From Ginglymostoma cirratum (taxonomy: Eukaryota), in assembly GCA_024137785.1 (NCBI GenBank), contig JAHRHZ010000018.1, positions 34,105,819-34,169,818 on the forward strand: a DNA stretch of 64,000 nt. Reading direction: 5' to 3'. Made by a program: the position numbers and the translations under genes. The notes below the pieces were generated by a model, which did not search any database, was not told the DNA's origin, and saw only the letters and a list, made by a program, of their open reading frames with translations. Positions 13,446 to 27,479 of the stretch are shown one piece after another (position 1 is the stretch's first letter; every line of letters starts with the position of its first letter).

Positions 13446-16400
13446 ATTAGAATGTTTCAAAATGTTTCCATTTTTCATTAATTCACTACAGTTCACGGAC
13501 TTAACTGAGGGCACTTCCCAGTCTTCCCTGCATTACAGTATGGTGTATTGAACAGAAGGAGAAGGACCTGTTTAGATAATGTTAAATATTAAATTAACAC
13601 AGATAGAATCTCTCAGTGAGAGACTCCATAACCACAGAGTCACTGGTTTAGATTCAAATATTTAGAAAGTCGAATGTGCTTTTGCTTGTTGATTAATAGT
13701 TCTCTTTTGATGCCTCTTTGCTGGTTATTTCACTAACACCTGGATTTTAGTTTAAATACTAGGTTTTGATCCTTTGATTTTTCTTTTGATTGTTTTATCT
13801 AGAAAAAAAAATTACCATAGTTTAATTCATCTGTTCACCTGTCAAGAGTTAGGAAATCTGTCTCAACACACAATAACTTGATATATTTGAACAGAAAGTC
13901 TGTATCCATAGCTTAAAACTATAATACCTGTTGCTAGGAAATTGAGGTATATGCATAGATGGTAGGAATACACTTATAATGTGTGCTTCATAGAGTGTAA
14001 GATCTGCAGTCCCAATGCTAACTTTAAAATTAGTTACAAACAGAATAGTAATGGTTAAAAAGAGAAGACCTACACCTTGAATGTTCTCAACTACAGTACC
14101 CTATTTGTTTAGTGCATTAGCGAAGTTTGCTTCCTGCCTAACAAGAAGTTAATGATATAAGAAAACACAGTCTCTCATGATGCCTTTTAGACAAATTAAT
14201 GGGATTAGGTCATCTTTCGCAAAATTCAAAACCAGACAGGGGGTGGAATTGGGGCAGGAGAGAGCGTGGGACCGTAGTTTAAATTCAGAGTCTCGATGTG
14301 TTGGTGATGAAAATATTCTTAATAACCTAAATAATTAATGGCTCCACATTATGAGACATGGAAATGTATGAAAACATGGACTTATATTTTAAAAATCAGA
14401 CTTTTGATGTCTGGTTTACATCTTAGATATTTCCGGACAGCCTACTCAAAAACAGAGCTGTCTAATCCAAAACTGGACTGGTGGCAACACCAGCAGCAGA
14501 AACTAGGAAGCTCCACAAAAAGGACAGCTGAGACCATTTGAGAAAAGAATGTTGTAATACTGTAGTACATTCCACAGGGAAGACAGCTGGAGCTGTGAAA
14601 AAAAAATAATAAGAAAAACAGAATATACAGAATAAAAGCAATTAAATGGTCTGCTAAGTAAATGGGAATGGAGTTGCAGTGTGATGTGTACTATTGGCTT
14701 TTGTTCAGTTCAGGGACAACTGGAAGACTGAAGAGTTAAGAGTCTGGTCCCGCAATTATTCAGCCAAGTGTTTGTACGGCGAGACAGGACACACATGCCT
14801 CCATTATATTTCTTCAAAGTTGGAATCAGTTCATGCCAATGTGGTGCACACATGCAATACCTTTTCCACTGTGTGTTGGATACATGTGCCAGGACTGACT
14901 GTCTGGCCCTTTTTTTAATCTTGATAAATCATTGGCAAATGATTGAAGGGTCGAGAAACTGGATGTAAGCAGATATGTAAACCTCAATGAAAGTAACTAC
15001 AGCACCTATTTCAAATACTATTCTAATTACTTCCCTAAATGTTTCGAGACAAAATTTAAAAACTTGTAAAAGAATGATCCAACATGAATCTAACAAAAAT
15101 ATTGTAATTATGTGCCTGGAGCCAATGCAACAAATGGAGCAAAATGAAAAGAAAAAAAAACTTACATTTGCCTAGCACCTTACACAGCCTCAGCACATCC
15201 CAAAGACTTTCCCAACGAATGCTATAATGTAGTAAAGCTGACACTCTGCAAGAGAGGAAGAGTGTGTGCCTGAGTTTACATGTCTCAGCGAGTGTGCATG
15301 TCAACATCTGCATGTGTGTCTAAAGCTAGGCAGTCTGGTACAAGTATGGAGGAGAGAAATGAATGTATCTTGGATGCCTGTTGGTTGATTACAGTATGAT
15401 TCATTAACACACACATTTGGCAATACCAGAATTTTGAAACCTCGAGTCAAAATCAAAGTCTGAAATGGGCTAACTGCCCAGTCATTAACACTGTAAAATT
15501 GTTACCATTTTGTCGTGGATTTTTAAAGTAAACTAAAATGCTTGCAATTGGCACCTATTGTGCATGTTGGCTGTAATACTGCACAAAGAATTGGAATTGT
15601 TTTGAAATACAATCCATAGAAAAATATTCCCAGAAATTTGGGATTCAAGTGTAATTTATATAAAAGACACAGCTGCTCTGGTGAACCTGAAGCTAAAGGG
15701 AAGGACATTTGGTCAATGTATCAAAGCTCAAAGACAGAGGGAACAAATACAGAAGAAAGAGAGCAGGCAAAGTGAAAGGTATTAAGTTCTCACAGAATTC
15801 CTGTGGCTTGGGTCTATCTTATGGAATTATTAGACACAAATTCTCCTCCCTGTTTCCCTGGTGCAGAACACACACCTAGTCAGTTTACTACAAATAGCCA
15901 ACCTGACTTCAATCAATCTCTGACTGGAAGGCAACTTCTGTATTTTCAGGGTGGTCGAGGATAGAAACTGAATAGAAACCTTCATGAATAAATGGAGCCA
16001 TAATGTGAGGATTTGACACACCCTGCTTATGGTCATAGACAGACCATCCTGGCCTGTAGAAATCAGTTCTGCAGGTTTGGCATTTAACTTTAGCCCTGGT
16101 CTATTATGGGACTATGTCTGGTGTGGCTGTTGAAAGATCCGTTCAGCAACAGGTGGGAATTCCATTATGTTTATAAAGAGGGACTGGTAGGTTCACAACT
16201 TCATTCCCCCACTCATGGATATACTGGGCACCAGATCCAACAATGCTGGCATGACTTCCAGCAATATCTTCACCCAACACTTTTACCCTTACTAATTCAA
16301 TTAAGCAAGGCAGGAATGTTTATGAGGGATTTACCCATTCTAAATCATTCAGAACTGACCTTGATGATAATCAGTCCCTATTCCACAATAAAATTAATCC

Positions 16401-16879
16401 AGTCCCTCATAGTGAGAACTTATATTAGATACAAAAGGAATAAACATGGCCATCATAGTGTTCGCTTCCTCCCTCTCTCATGTTGTAGCTTGACACCTGC
16501 TATGTGAAATCTGCTATTGAAAGTTTCTGCCTATCAAAAGGGTTATTTACAGCACAATTGCTGGGTCTTCTTGCAATTGAGAACCAGGTTTCTATGTGAA
16601 TGCAATGTGCACATCAACAGATCAACACAATAATATTTAAATGAATACTTTGAATGAATCGAAAAGAGAGCTCAATATTGGCAAGGAGATGATCTGATTC
16701 AGTTCCAATGGAAATTGACAGCATGTATGCTGCAATTAAGGAACAGTAAACATGCCAGCTAGTCAACCACATGGAAAGTCAGAAATATTCAGAAGCCATG
16801 TAAAGCTTGTAACTACAGTGGTATTGTATTTGTATGGTGGCTTTGTTCGCAAGTTTATAATGGGTTAGAACAGTATGTT

Positions 16880-16975
16880 GTGTTCTGAGGAAGGCAGACC
16901 TGAAACATTAACTCTGATTTTTTTCTTCACAGATGCTGCCAGACCTGCTGATCTTTTCCAGCAACTTTGTTTTTA
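16880..16975 (+). mobile_element. Short hammerhead-derived insert (subfamily A) with 15 bp TSD
   Basis: TSD ttagaaca(g/c)tatgtt at 16865-16879 and 16976-16990. Reads gttCTGAGGAaggcagacctGAAAcattaactctg...cacagatgctgccagacctgctg...ccagca. Confidence 0.82.
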
Positions 16976-17278
16976 TTAGAACACTATGTTTACTGTTTCT
17001 TGCTCTCACTTACTGAGTGTGTGCATGGGAACAAAATAATTAATAACAGTAGCTTTTACTAATCACAAGTTAGCTGCCCTTCTTTAAGAGGAAGAAAAGA
17101 ATTTGCCTTGCAATGACAATGATAAGAAAAAGAATGTCACCACAGCTTTGCCACTACAAAGTTAAAGAAGCAACCTTAATGCAATGTGGACCACCACATT
17201 ATCATCATCTTCCACTGACAATGTCAGAAAATGACGACATTATTGAGGTTGGTTGGCTCGCTGAGCTGGTTTGTTGTT

Positions 17279-17322
17279 CCGCAGACGTTTCATTAGCATG
17301 CTTGGTAACATCCTCAGTGCAG
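17279..17322 (-). ncRNA. Hammerhead ribozyme in the inverted pLTR arm (stem II partly decayed; same sense as TGFB2 pre-mRNA)
   Basis: Minus strand CTGCA-CTGAGGA-TGTTACCAAGCATGCTAAT-GAAACGTC-TGCGG. Confidence 0.75.
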
Positions 17323-19007
17323 CCTCTGATGAAGTGTCGGTATGTTTTCCCACCTGGTTTTTAAACTCTGGGGTCCGTTGCGATGGATTGCCTCACTTCC
17401 AGGTTTCCTCCATAGTGGAATGTATATGGGGTCGAGTTCTATGTGTTTATTAATAGCATGCTTCGTGGAGTGCCATGCTTCCAGGGATTCTCGTGCTTGT
17501 CTCTGCCTAGCCTGTCCCAGGATCTCGGTGTTGTCCCAGTCGAAGTCGTGGTCCTCCTTGTCCATGTGGATTGAGATGAGTGAGTATTGGTCGTGTCTTT
17601 TTGTAGTCAGTTGGTGTTCATGTACTCTTGTTGTTCGTTTCCTTCCTGTTTGTCTGATGTAGTGTTTCTCGCAGTGTCTGCAGGGGATCTTGTAGATGAC
17701 ATTGGTCCTGTACATGGCTGGGAGTGGGTCTTTATTTCGGGTGAGCACTTGTCGTAGGGTTGATGTGGGCTTTTGTGCCACTCTGATGCCTAGCGGTTGT
17801 AGGACCACTAGCAAGGGAAATAATGATAACACTACTTGAACAAGAACACGACTCCAGTGAAACCACCTCCAAGGACAACATGCTTAAACTACTGGACCTA
17901 TGCCTGACCATCCACTTCACCTTCAATGGCCAAACATATAAGTAATTCAACGGGACACCCCAGGGATCGCCTATCTCGGGACTCATAGCAGAAGCAGTGA
18001 TGCAAAGACCGGAAAGGACTGCCCTTCTGCAAATCCAACCTAAACTATGGATACGCTACGTAGACGACACCTTTGGCATCATTAAATGGACCAAATTAGA
18101 AGAGACACACAAACTCATAAACAACACCCTCACCGGAATAAAATTCACCAGAGAGGAGGAGAAGAACAAACAACTCCCATTCCTGGACATCATGGTAGAG
18201 AGCAAGACAAATGGGGAACTGCAAATGAAAGTTCACCAAAAAGCCCCACACACAGACCAGGTACTGAACTTCAATAGTAACCATCCCAGCGCACAGAAAC
18301 GAAGCTGCGTGCGAACACTATTTAAAAGGGCAACAACACACTGCAGCAACATGGAACTATGCCAAGGGGAGGAGGAATATCTCTTCCAAGTGTTCATGGA
18401 TAATGGATATCCAAAGCATTGGGTCAGGAGATGCCTACAGGAACAGCATCAGAAAGATTCTACACGCCGCGACACACTCATCACACAACCCTACAGCAGG
18501 AACACATGGGAACTCACCACAAGACTTCTACGACCGCTGGGCATCAGAGTGGCACAAAAGCCCACTTCAACCCTATGACAAGTGCTCACCTGAACTAAAG
18601 ACCCACTCCCCACCATGGACAGGACCAATGTCATCTACAAGATCCCCTGCAGAGACTACGAGAAACACTACATCGGACAAACAGGAAGGAAACTAACAAC
18701 AAGAGTACATGAACACCAACTGACTACAAAAAGACACGACCAATACTCACTCATCTCAATCCACATGGACAAGGAGAACCACGACTTTGACTGGGACAAT
18801 ACCAAGATCCTGGGACAGGCTAGGCAGAGACAAGCACGAGAATCCCTGGAAGCATGGCACTCCACGAAGCATGCTATTAATAAACACATTGAACTCGACC
18901 CCATATACATTTCGCTACAGAGGAAACCCGGAAGTGAGGCAATCCATCGCAACGGACCCCAGAGTTTAAAAACCAGGTGGAAAAACACACCGACGCTTCA
19001 TCAGAGG

Positions 19008-19051
19008 CTGCACTGAGGATGTTACCAAGCACAGTAACGAAACGTCTGCAG
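19008..19051 (+). ncRNA. Minimal type I hammerhead ribozyme in the Penelope 3' pLTR
   Basis: CTGCA-CTGAGGA-T-GTTAC(CAAGCACA)GTAAC-GAAA-CGTC-TGCAG: 5 bp stem I, full core, stem II, palindromic ACGU helix III and GUC cleavage triplet. Confidence 0.88.
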
Positions 19052-21320
19052 AACAACAAACCAGCTCGGCGAGCCAACCGACCTCAACACCCACTACCCG
19101 AGCTACAGATCTACTCCAAAACCTTAGTGATGACATTATTACTAAGGGGGGAGGGAATTAAAAATGCAAGTCTTTTACGTGCAGATTGAAGGCCGGAATT
19201 CCTCAATTCACCTGACTGGACTGCAACAGACCTTCCATCCACCATCGCAAACTTTGCCAGTTCCCCTGGGTTGGAGGTGATTGGATTTTCACCACAATAT
19301 TCCCTCACGATCACAAACAACAATTGAGGGCCCACCAGCGAACCACAGGAAAATTAAAATTGTGTTGTATCAGGACAACAGTTACAGTATGTGAAGTACC
19401 ACAGAACCCTGAACATTAGATTAACTCATTTGAGGAATTGAATGGATTTGCAGTTTAAGGCTTTGAGGGTGGAAGCTTTGAACAGGTTTGCAATTTGGTA
19501 GTTAAGGTAGCTCTATTAAACTTCCTCCCCCCATGCTCTCCACCTCCCCTCACATAGTATTTAAAAGGATTTTGGAAACTTCCCACAGCTGACTCAAGTC
19601 TATTTCCACCTTTCCTACTAAGCCAGCAGTGTCCATTCAGGATCCCTTTTTCACTCATCCTAACCAGTGCTGTTCAGATGCAGGAGGTAGAAAAGGCATT
19701 TCCAAAGCTGGTTCTGTCAGAGCTCATGGCGTGAAACTTCAAACTCGGACAGTAAAGTGTCTGTTGGCATCAACTGACCCATTTCTTGTCACTCTGTACC
19801 ATGATCGTACTCATTTCCAGGAGGATTAGAGAGGGGATTATAGCCCACACCATGTTATTACAGCAGAAACACAGCCAATATCATTTTGCACGTGATCTGA
19901 GGAGCATCACTTTCCCAGCACAGATCAAAAGTCTATACTAATCTTCCCATTCCATGCCTTTCCTTTCAAAATGCATGTATATTTATCTTTTAAATGTGAC
20001 TTTTTAATGTATTTTTTAATGAATATGTTTTCCTAACTGGCCCCCACTTGATCCTTCCCATTCCACTGACACAAGATGGACTGGAATGGTTTAAGCTGCC
20101 GTCATTTCCATAATGGCTTTCAACATGTCAAAGTATTTTCTAATGGGCCCCCAACTGAACTGAACAGACTCAGTTTTGTATGGTCCCTTTAGCTAATAAA
20201 CCCACTAACAATGGACAATGCTTTCCCAAAGAAAATAATCAGTGAAAGGGGCTCATGAAAATATTCAGCCTTTTGGTTAGGAGTCAAGAACTTGACTTTT
20301 TGAGATACTGGCTTGCTTCATACATTCCATATTTCAAGAAATAGCGAGACTATCAGCTTTACTGCCTGTGCTTTGGGAAATCATTACTTTCAGGGTAGAT
20401 AAGGATAGCAATGCCAGGCTAAGTAAAATGCTATTGCCAACAGATAACTGTAGAATGTAGGCTGTAAGCTAATATCAATTCAAACTGTCCAACAGACACC
20501 CTTCTGGATTATATTCATGTTTTGACTGTATATGATCCAACAGTCACAATACAGCGTAGTAGGTAAAAACTTCTTCAATTCCCACAGACTAATGCTGTAG
20601 TCGCTGAAATCTCTTTCCCCACTATGAGTGAGCTAAAAGTTCAGATCTACCATGACCATTCACGGCTGGGACTCTTGGGAAACTATATTTGACTCTTGAT
20701 CAAATTTTCCGACCCTAAATGACTACTACTTTCCCCTGAAAATACATTAATGTTTTGATTTGATTTTATGAGGAGATTGCTTTGAGAAAACAAACTGCAA
20801 AGTGTGAAGAATGCTGCCACTTCTGGGAGGCCTTGGCCCACCCTCATATCTCTCATATTTTTTTCAGATAGAAATCACTATTCAAAGGTGTTTTTCTCTT
20901 GCAATGAAAATGAACTTTATTAAAAGAAGTAATCTTAGAATTTTCTGGTCATGCTGTCAGTGGTATTATTGATATAATTCAATTTTGGCAGAGCTGCTAT
21001 TTGCAACAAATCCATTGCGCCTTCCAATGCAAAGGATAGGGATACAGTTTAACTTTTATTTTGTGAAAATAAAGGCTTCCTGGAAACATATAATTACAAA
21101 GTTAAATTAGTTTTGAATGTATAAGATCTTGAAGTGAGATAATAGAAGAGCTTTGTATTAATAGGTTGCACTTGGACACATTCTGGGAAGAAGCAAGTTA
21201 GCCTTCACTGATCTGTGGCTGACTAAACATGAGATACACATTTCTGAAGAGAAGTCTTAAGTCATATAGTTTAAATTTTATTCATGCAACTAGATTTGCA
21301 TTAAAAAGTCAGAAAAGCTA

Positions 21321-21418
21321 AAGCAAATACAAAGAATGCTGGAGAAAGTCAACAGGTCTGGCAGCATTTCTGAAGTGAGAAACATATTTAATGTTTCAAG
21401 TTGAGCATGACTTCAGTC
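21321..21418 (-). mobile_element. Short decayed subfamily A insert with perfect 14 bp TSD
   Basis: TSD agtcagaaaagcta at 21307-21320 and 21419-21432. Minus strand ..gaagtcatgctcaacttGAAAcattaa...atgctgccagacctgttgactttctccagca. Confidence 0.75.
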
Positions 21419-22089
21419 AGTCAGAAAAGCTATGTTTATTTGAAAGATCTACTTATTGCAATGCACTCAACGACAGCACATAAATAATATTATACCATTT
21501 TCACAACACTTTGCTGGATTTTTACATTGCTTTGCATTGATTGCAGTGTTCGAGATTAAACACGCTACATGTGGAATTGACAATTTCTCTCCTGGCTCCC
21601 ATTTGTACATAAACCAGCCAGTGACTGGAAATATAGCCTTATAGGCATTCAGAGGCAATGTAGTTTGGATCAGAATCCTGTGTTTTCTTTTTGTTGAGTG
21701 GAACATTTGGAGCAGGGAAGGGAAATACAGGAGAACACTAACTTTTCCAGAATAAAGACAGAGGATTCTGGAGATGCTAACAACAGGTCGTGAAACTGAA
21801 ACACTGTGCTGTGCTTTACAATGCATGGGGTTTGGAACGACAAAGCTAGAGTGAAAATCAGGCTCTCAAGTTGCTTTTGCAGGCACAAGGATCAGTCCAG
21901 TGATCTAACTGCTGATGGCCTCCAAAATGGCTGTCCAAATCCATGAGGGGCTAATCAAACCACACCCACACTTGCCACCTATCCACTGCTGGCAAAACCT
22001 CCCTGACTCCATAACTGTTGTAACACAGTTCCCATCGTTTTACCAGAATTCTGCATTTGTTCCTGCCACTCAAGCATCAGTTAAATTAA

Positions 22090-22345
22090 ACAAAAACCAA
22101 AGAACTGAGGATGCTGGAAATCAGAAACAATTTCAAACATTGCGAGAAAAACTCAGCAGGTCTGCCAGCATCTGTGGAGAGAAAACAGAGTCAATGTTTC
22201 AGGTCCAGGAATCCTTCTTCTGAACAAGTAAAATTCAGCCTGTTAAGACAATATTTCTCCTGATCTGCAGACCTGCTTAGTTTCTCCTAACATTTCCTAT
22301 TTTTTTTTCAGACGTGCAACATCTGGAGTATTTAGCTTCTTCAGT
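22090..22345. mobile_element. Subfamily A unit on the minus strand (22090-22225, with 3' tail) next to a decayed plus-strand remnant (~22255-22345)
   Basis: Minus strand gttcagaagaaggattcctggacctGAAAcattgactctg...cacagatgctggcagacctgctgag...tgatttccagcatcctcagttc. Confidence 0.68.
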
Positions 22346-25300
22346 TTTTTTTTTAAAACTTGTGTAAACTATTCTCCTGGAAAGAAAAAGGCCAAAGAAT
22401 TTGCTCTGAAGCATCTGCAAATAATTCGGCAACAAACAAACTTATAACCCCTCAATGTGACTCTCTTGTGAAATTTCCATTTCGTCTGTTGTGTAGAGTG
22501 TGGACTATGTTCTCTATTTCTCCTTGATGTTCAGACTGAGTTCAAGAATCTACTAAGGGAGAAACTGAAACCACTGATTGAGGTGAGTGGTAGAAAAGGC
22601 CTGGAGAGATTGAAAGACCTATCTGCTTCAATTAGTCCACATCCTATCATTCTGTGCCATTATCTACAATGTCACAATGCCATGTCATCATTATGCTATT
22701 GAGCTGGTTTTAGTTTTTTTTAAATTATTAGATGATATTGAGGGCACAGACCCATCCAGCAGTCAAAGATTTAATTATATCTTCAGCATCACATCAGGAC
22801 GTTTTCCAATTTCCAACCTAAACATGAAACTGTGGCACTCCTGCACTGACATAACAGGATTTAACTAAGATTATTTAACAGCAGCCTAAAGAAAATCAAC
22901 AAATCTCACCATCTCGTTCCAGGGTGATTTTCTTTCTATGAAAATAGGTACAAACAATCCACAATAAAATACATGGCCGTTAAGTTTAAAATCTTAGAGT
23001 TTCAAAATAAACCTTTTTAAGTTTCTTTATGAGCTCATTCTTTTAAAGATAGAGCTTGCAATGAAAAGTACAAAACTTAAGAAATCCAAATAAACTCTCC
23101 TCCAGCACAATTTAAGATTCAATAAACAGAAGGGAAAACATATTAAACATGCCCTTCTATACTGTATGGCTCCTTGTAAACAGTCAAGGGTGTCCTGTGA
23201 ATTTTTACCAGAGAAACTGCATAATCACAGTGTAATGCCAATTTCAAGTGTAAAAGAGTAAGAAATTTCAGGAGTAGGTCAGTAGAACTGCTTTTTTACT
23301 TCATGCCAATATAGCTCAATCTTTTATGTTGATTCAAAAGAACCTTTGCTGAAAATCTCTGCTTTTCACTAACCTAGACCCAGCTCTGCACCAGAGTGCA
23401 ATTTATGCAAATTTCTTGAATTTGCACCACTTCTATGTGAGCAGTAAGTCTACCGTAACATTTCACGCACAGTGGGACCCAAGGTGTTATTTCTGGCTTT
23501 TCATAGTTATTGAATGTTGTACTTTTAACCATTTCCCTTCATCCAGAGAAAAATGTGTTTTTTGTGCCTTTGAATGCATTTCTGTGGATCAAAATAATTT
23601 GCACTAAACACTGAAGAAGCCCTGGCCTGTCCATTATTTGTATATGATGGTTTGATCTCTTAAAATCATGTTCATACACAGAAAGGAACTTAAAGAAGGA
23701 ACCTGGCATATGCCAGCTGAAAATCTAATGAGATTTTCAGGGAACTCTGGCGCAATGCACCAATCAGAAGGTTTGCCTAAATTTTGTGTGAAGTCATTTT
23801 TAGGAATTTCCAGGCTGGTATACAATGCTGTGCTTAACAGATATACCAAGTAATCACAATGTAGGGCACACCTGTCATTATTCTGAGGTGCTAGCGGAAA
23901 TCCCCTTAGAACATGTTGCTATATCCTGGTGTGTTCACTTGTGCTACACAGTTATTTGGCCAGCCACATTTTTTTTCCTTTAATGCTTGCAGGTACATGC
24001 TGTGGATTGCTAAACCTTTCACTGGGGCTCAGCGTTCATACATAACAGGCTCTTGGCAGGATTTCTTCTCTAAAGGTGGAACTCACCAAAGCAATTAAGA
24101 GAATTGCTGTGGAAACAAGAGGTCAATAGGACTCTAAAAGAATTGGAAGTGTAACAAAGGTAGCATGAAAGCTTCCTCATAAGGCTTTTGTCGAGACTGA
24201 GATGTTCAACAGCTGAATGTTTTGAGGGAGAAGAGACAGCTACAAGATCATCTCCCTCTACTGATAGAAATACAATTATGTCCTTTGCACCCGTTTCCTG
24301 GTACTTAAGTCCAAATTTTCAGGCAGACAGGAGGAAAACAAGGAAACAAGGGTGGTTCACATGTCTGCTGCTCTTGTAGGTAATGGCATATTTAAAACTA
24401 AGCAGCCTTCAGTTAGAAGCATCTTTCATCTCCCACTTTTAACCATTCCTGAAACATTCCTGAAGAATGAGTCATAAGCTTTAAACCTAAGGAGTGTTTT
24501 TGCAGATGTTAGACAGCCTTTTGGAAAGGTTTAACTACCATTTCTGACTTGTTAGAAGTAGACATGAATGTGCATGAATGATGCACAAGGTGTGTGGAAC
24601 TATCAAGCTATCAAATCATTTAAATCCCCTGCTTTTTAAATTAAAGAAAAATCCTATGGTGTCTCTATTGGGGTGTGGGGGGATGTGGTGGGGGACTCAC
24701 CAGGCCCTCACCCACACTTGGCCTGATCCCCATAATATGGGGGAGGGAAAGGGGAATTACGGTGTCTCTGAGGCCTATTAGGAACATTTATGTTTGTAAT
24801 TAAGTGGCAATCAAGGGGTTCAATATACTTCCACAACGTGCTGAGCAGTGGAAGGCAGGAGAGAATAAAAAATCTATTTCATCGCCAAATTCGCTGAAAC
24901 GGTGTGAAGAAAAGTGGATATCTTCTTCAAGGAATGACCTGTGTGGATCAGCAACACCACACCTCCTCAAATTAGATCATGCTCTATCGTTCCTCCATGC
25001 CTGGCATCCAATGCCAACACACCCACCCTCCTCAACTTGTTAAGGCTGCCAGCAGTACATAGCCCCAAAAGCTCAAGGCCTTTTAAACAGCCCAACTCAA
25101 CACTTGGCAGCCCCTTCAGTTTCTCTGGCACTGTTTCCAGAGGTGGCTGACCAGACTCCAGCTTTCCCCTGCCCCCCTGGAATGAAAATTCAACTTTTTG
25201 GGTAAGATTTTCTAGAGTTGGTTTTGGTAGTTGAGAATTTTCCCAACTCCGCACACCTAACTGGACAGCGTACATTTGGCCACACTGTCACCTTCCCCAC

Positions 25301-25939
25301 GGGCACCCTGGGACAGGGGGAAAAGCGTGGCCAATAGGAGAAAGCCCTTTGAGGATAATTGATTAGGGCAAGGGGCTTAGATTTTTTTTTGATTTTCTCT
25401 GCTATTTTGAGCAGAGTCACAACGGAGAAATCCCTCATTCCAATTCTCTGCATTTGTTGCGAGTACCTATAGAATTGTGAAATTGGAAGGAAAGGAGGTT
25501 TGCAATAAACATTGTCGGACTCACCTAAGTCATGATTATCAGTTCAGGAATATTGGAACAGAAGTACATATTCAGTTTACCAACTCTTTCTATTTGCCTT
25601 TCATCTATATCCTGCAAGAAAAATCTCTCAACCCAGTCCTCAAATTTTCAGTTGATCTAGCATCTATAGACTTCAAAGGACTGTGGTGTCATTCCTGATT
25701 CTTATTATCCTCTGTGCGAAGAATTCCCCTTGATTTCACACCTAAATGTTTCAGCTCTAACCTGAAGATTGTTTCTCCTTATTATGACTTTCTCTGACCA
25801 GATGAAATAGATTATCTAACCAATCAAGTTCTTTCATTTTGAACTATCCCCTTGACTACCCTAGCAAATTATTGTCCTCATTCCCAATACCTTGATTAAA
25901 TCAACCCTCAATTTCCTGTTCTCAATGGAATCCAACCCA

Positions 25940-26472
25940 GGGCTAAATTTTCAAGCTGTACTGATGTCAGGAACTGAGCAACAAGGCCCAAAAATTACAA
26001 AGTCATCCACTAAGCTGGCGTCCTGACCCTGTTCTCAACGTCATTCTGGCCAATGTGGATTCAGAGCTTAAGAAGGTCAGACAACTAGACTAACTACCAG
26101 GTCTGCTGAGCAGGGCTTGAGGAGAACAAGGGGAATTTCCCAGCTTCCTATTTGTCAACATGACAGGTAGTGGATTGGCTGCCTGGAAGCTTACACATAG
26201 CAGCAGGCCAATGTCTCGACCCTCCTGGCCTGGCCTGCCTTGAGGACATAACTGACGGCTGCTGTTTGTGGGCCCAATGACCCCACAAGCCATGCCTTTC
26301 CACCCTCCACTGTGGTATTTTGACTTCTTTTTGCATTTTTTTTCAGATAAAGTTTTGAAGGAGTGTCTGCGGGTGAATTTTCTGGCTGAAGCAACCACTC
26401 CCCTTCCCCAGTTACCTGCATTCTGCTGGCTCTTTCCCTCAAACATGATGGCTAGCTTTGAAAATTCAGCTT
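25940..26472. mobile_element. MITE-like non-autonomous DNA element (probably Harbinger-type)
   Basis: Imperfect terminal inverted repeats gggctaaattttcaagct ... agctttgaaaattcagctt. Confidence 0.6.
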
Positions 26473-26599
26473 AATTGGGTAGGGAACCTGTCTCCATGCT
26501 AGATAAGGACCCATCCAAATAAAAATCATGGTTTTATTAAGTTTCCTACTGAAATGAATTCAGGGCACAAAAACACTCTTTATTATTCCACCTCCATTG

Positions 26600-27330
26600 A
26601 GAATTATTCTTTTCCCTGGAAAATATATATTACCCATAAGTTTTATAAAAGTATACTGCGTGATCATTCCAATAACAGTACATTTGGTGTAAGCCAAATC
26701 AATTCCTTCCAATAAATGTACGTTTCTCAATACACTTACAATTACAGTTAGTATTCACAATGTCTATTGCATGTAAAACATTCAGTTCAAGGACTTTTAC
26801 ACAGTTTCCATCCTCATGTTATACTATGGCTGAAAAGCCTTAGGCCGTCCCCAATTGTGCCAATGTGGTGGCTGTCCTAAGCTTTATTGTATCCCTCAGC
26901 CTGTAATCATGAACTGTGGAAACAGCCAGTCTGCAACACACAGTCATGGTGTACCCTTTGCATTGATAGACCAGCAGGCTTTTTTCAGGCCAAAGGGCAT
27001 CTTTCACTGAGGTGATAGTATTCCAGATGCAGTTGATGTTTATCCTGGTCCGCGTCTATAGGAACAGCCCATACAGCACAGTGTTGCATGTTACAGGTGT
27101 TTTTTGGGATAGACCTTGACAAAACTCATTCTATCTGCTTTGAGATCTTCTTTCCAAAGGTCCATTCCAGAAGAGAGAGATTAACTGTCCCTTTCCTGCC
27201 ACAGGTCTTTTGAGAATATGTGGAGGGAATGACAGTCAGGGTGTGCAAGAAGGAACTGATGCAGAAGGGCCTTATTACCATCAGTCTTGGAGAAAATCAG
27301 CCCCCCCTAGTTTGTGCAACACATCTGCAT
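26600..27330 (-). mobile_element. Tx1/L1-clade LINE 3' fragment
   Basis: Minus strand VLYGLF...NINCIW.TITSVKDALW..KSLLVYQCK, typical of the Tx1 ORF2 C-terminus. Confidence 0.65.
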
Positions 27331-27479
27331 GATATAAACCTTTAACCTCCAATATCATTTTGGTGACTTTGTACTCTACTCCACATGTTCTACTTAGTAT
27401 ATTCTGAAATACTTTGAATATCAGCCTTGAAGTTCATTGCAAGCTCTTCCTAGACTTCTTATAGCTCATGGCTTATGTT

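Larger units (their letters stand above)
17245..19127 (+). mobile_element. Penelope-like retroelement, 5'-truncated, with an inverted pLTR (17245-~17802) and forward RT + GIY-YIG (~17803-19127)
   Basis: RT motifs GTPQGSPIS and WIRYVDDTF; GIY-YIG motifs NVIYKIPC..YIGQTGR..RVHEH..LEAWHS..AINK. The left arm is the reverse complement of ~18528-19087. TSD tgacgacattatt (17232-17244) / tgatgacattatt (19128-19140). Premature in-frame stops are present. Confidence 0.93.

Noticed and set aside
17326-17332. Second CTGATGA motif on the strand opposite the PLE hammerhead
   Set aside because: No matching stem II or GAAA box downstream; not a ribozyme.
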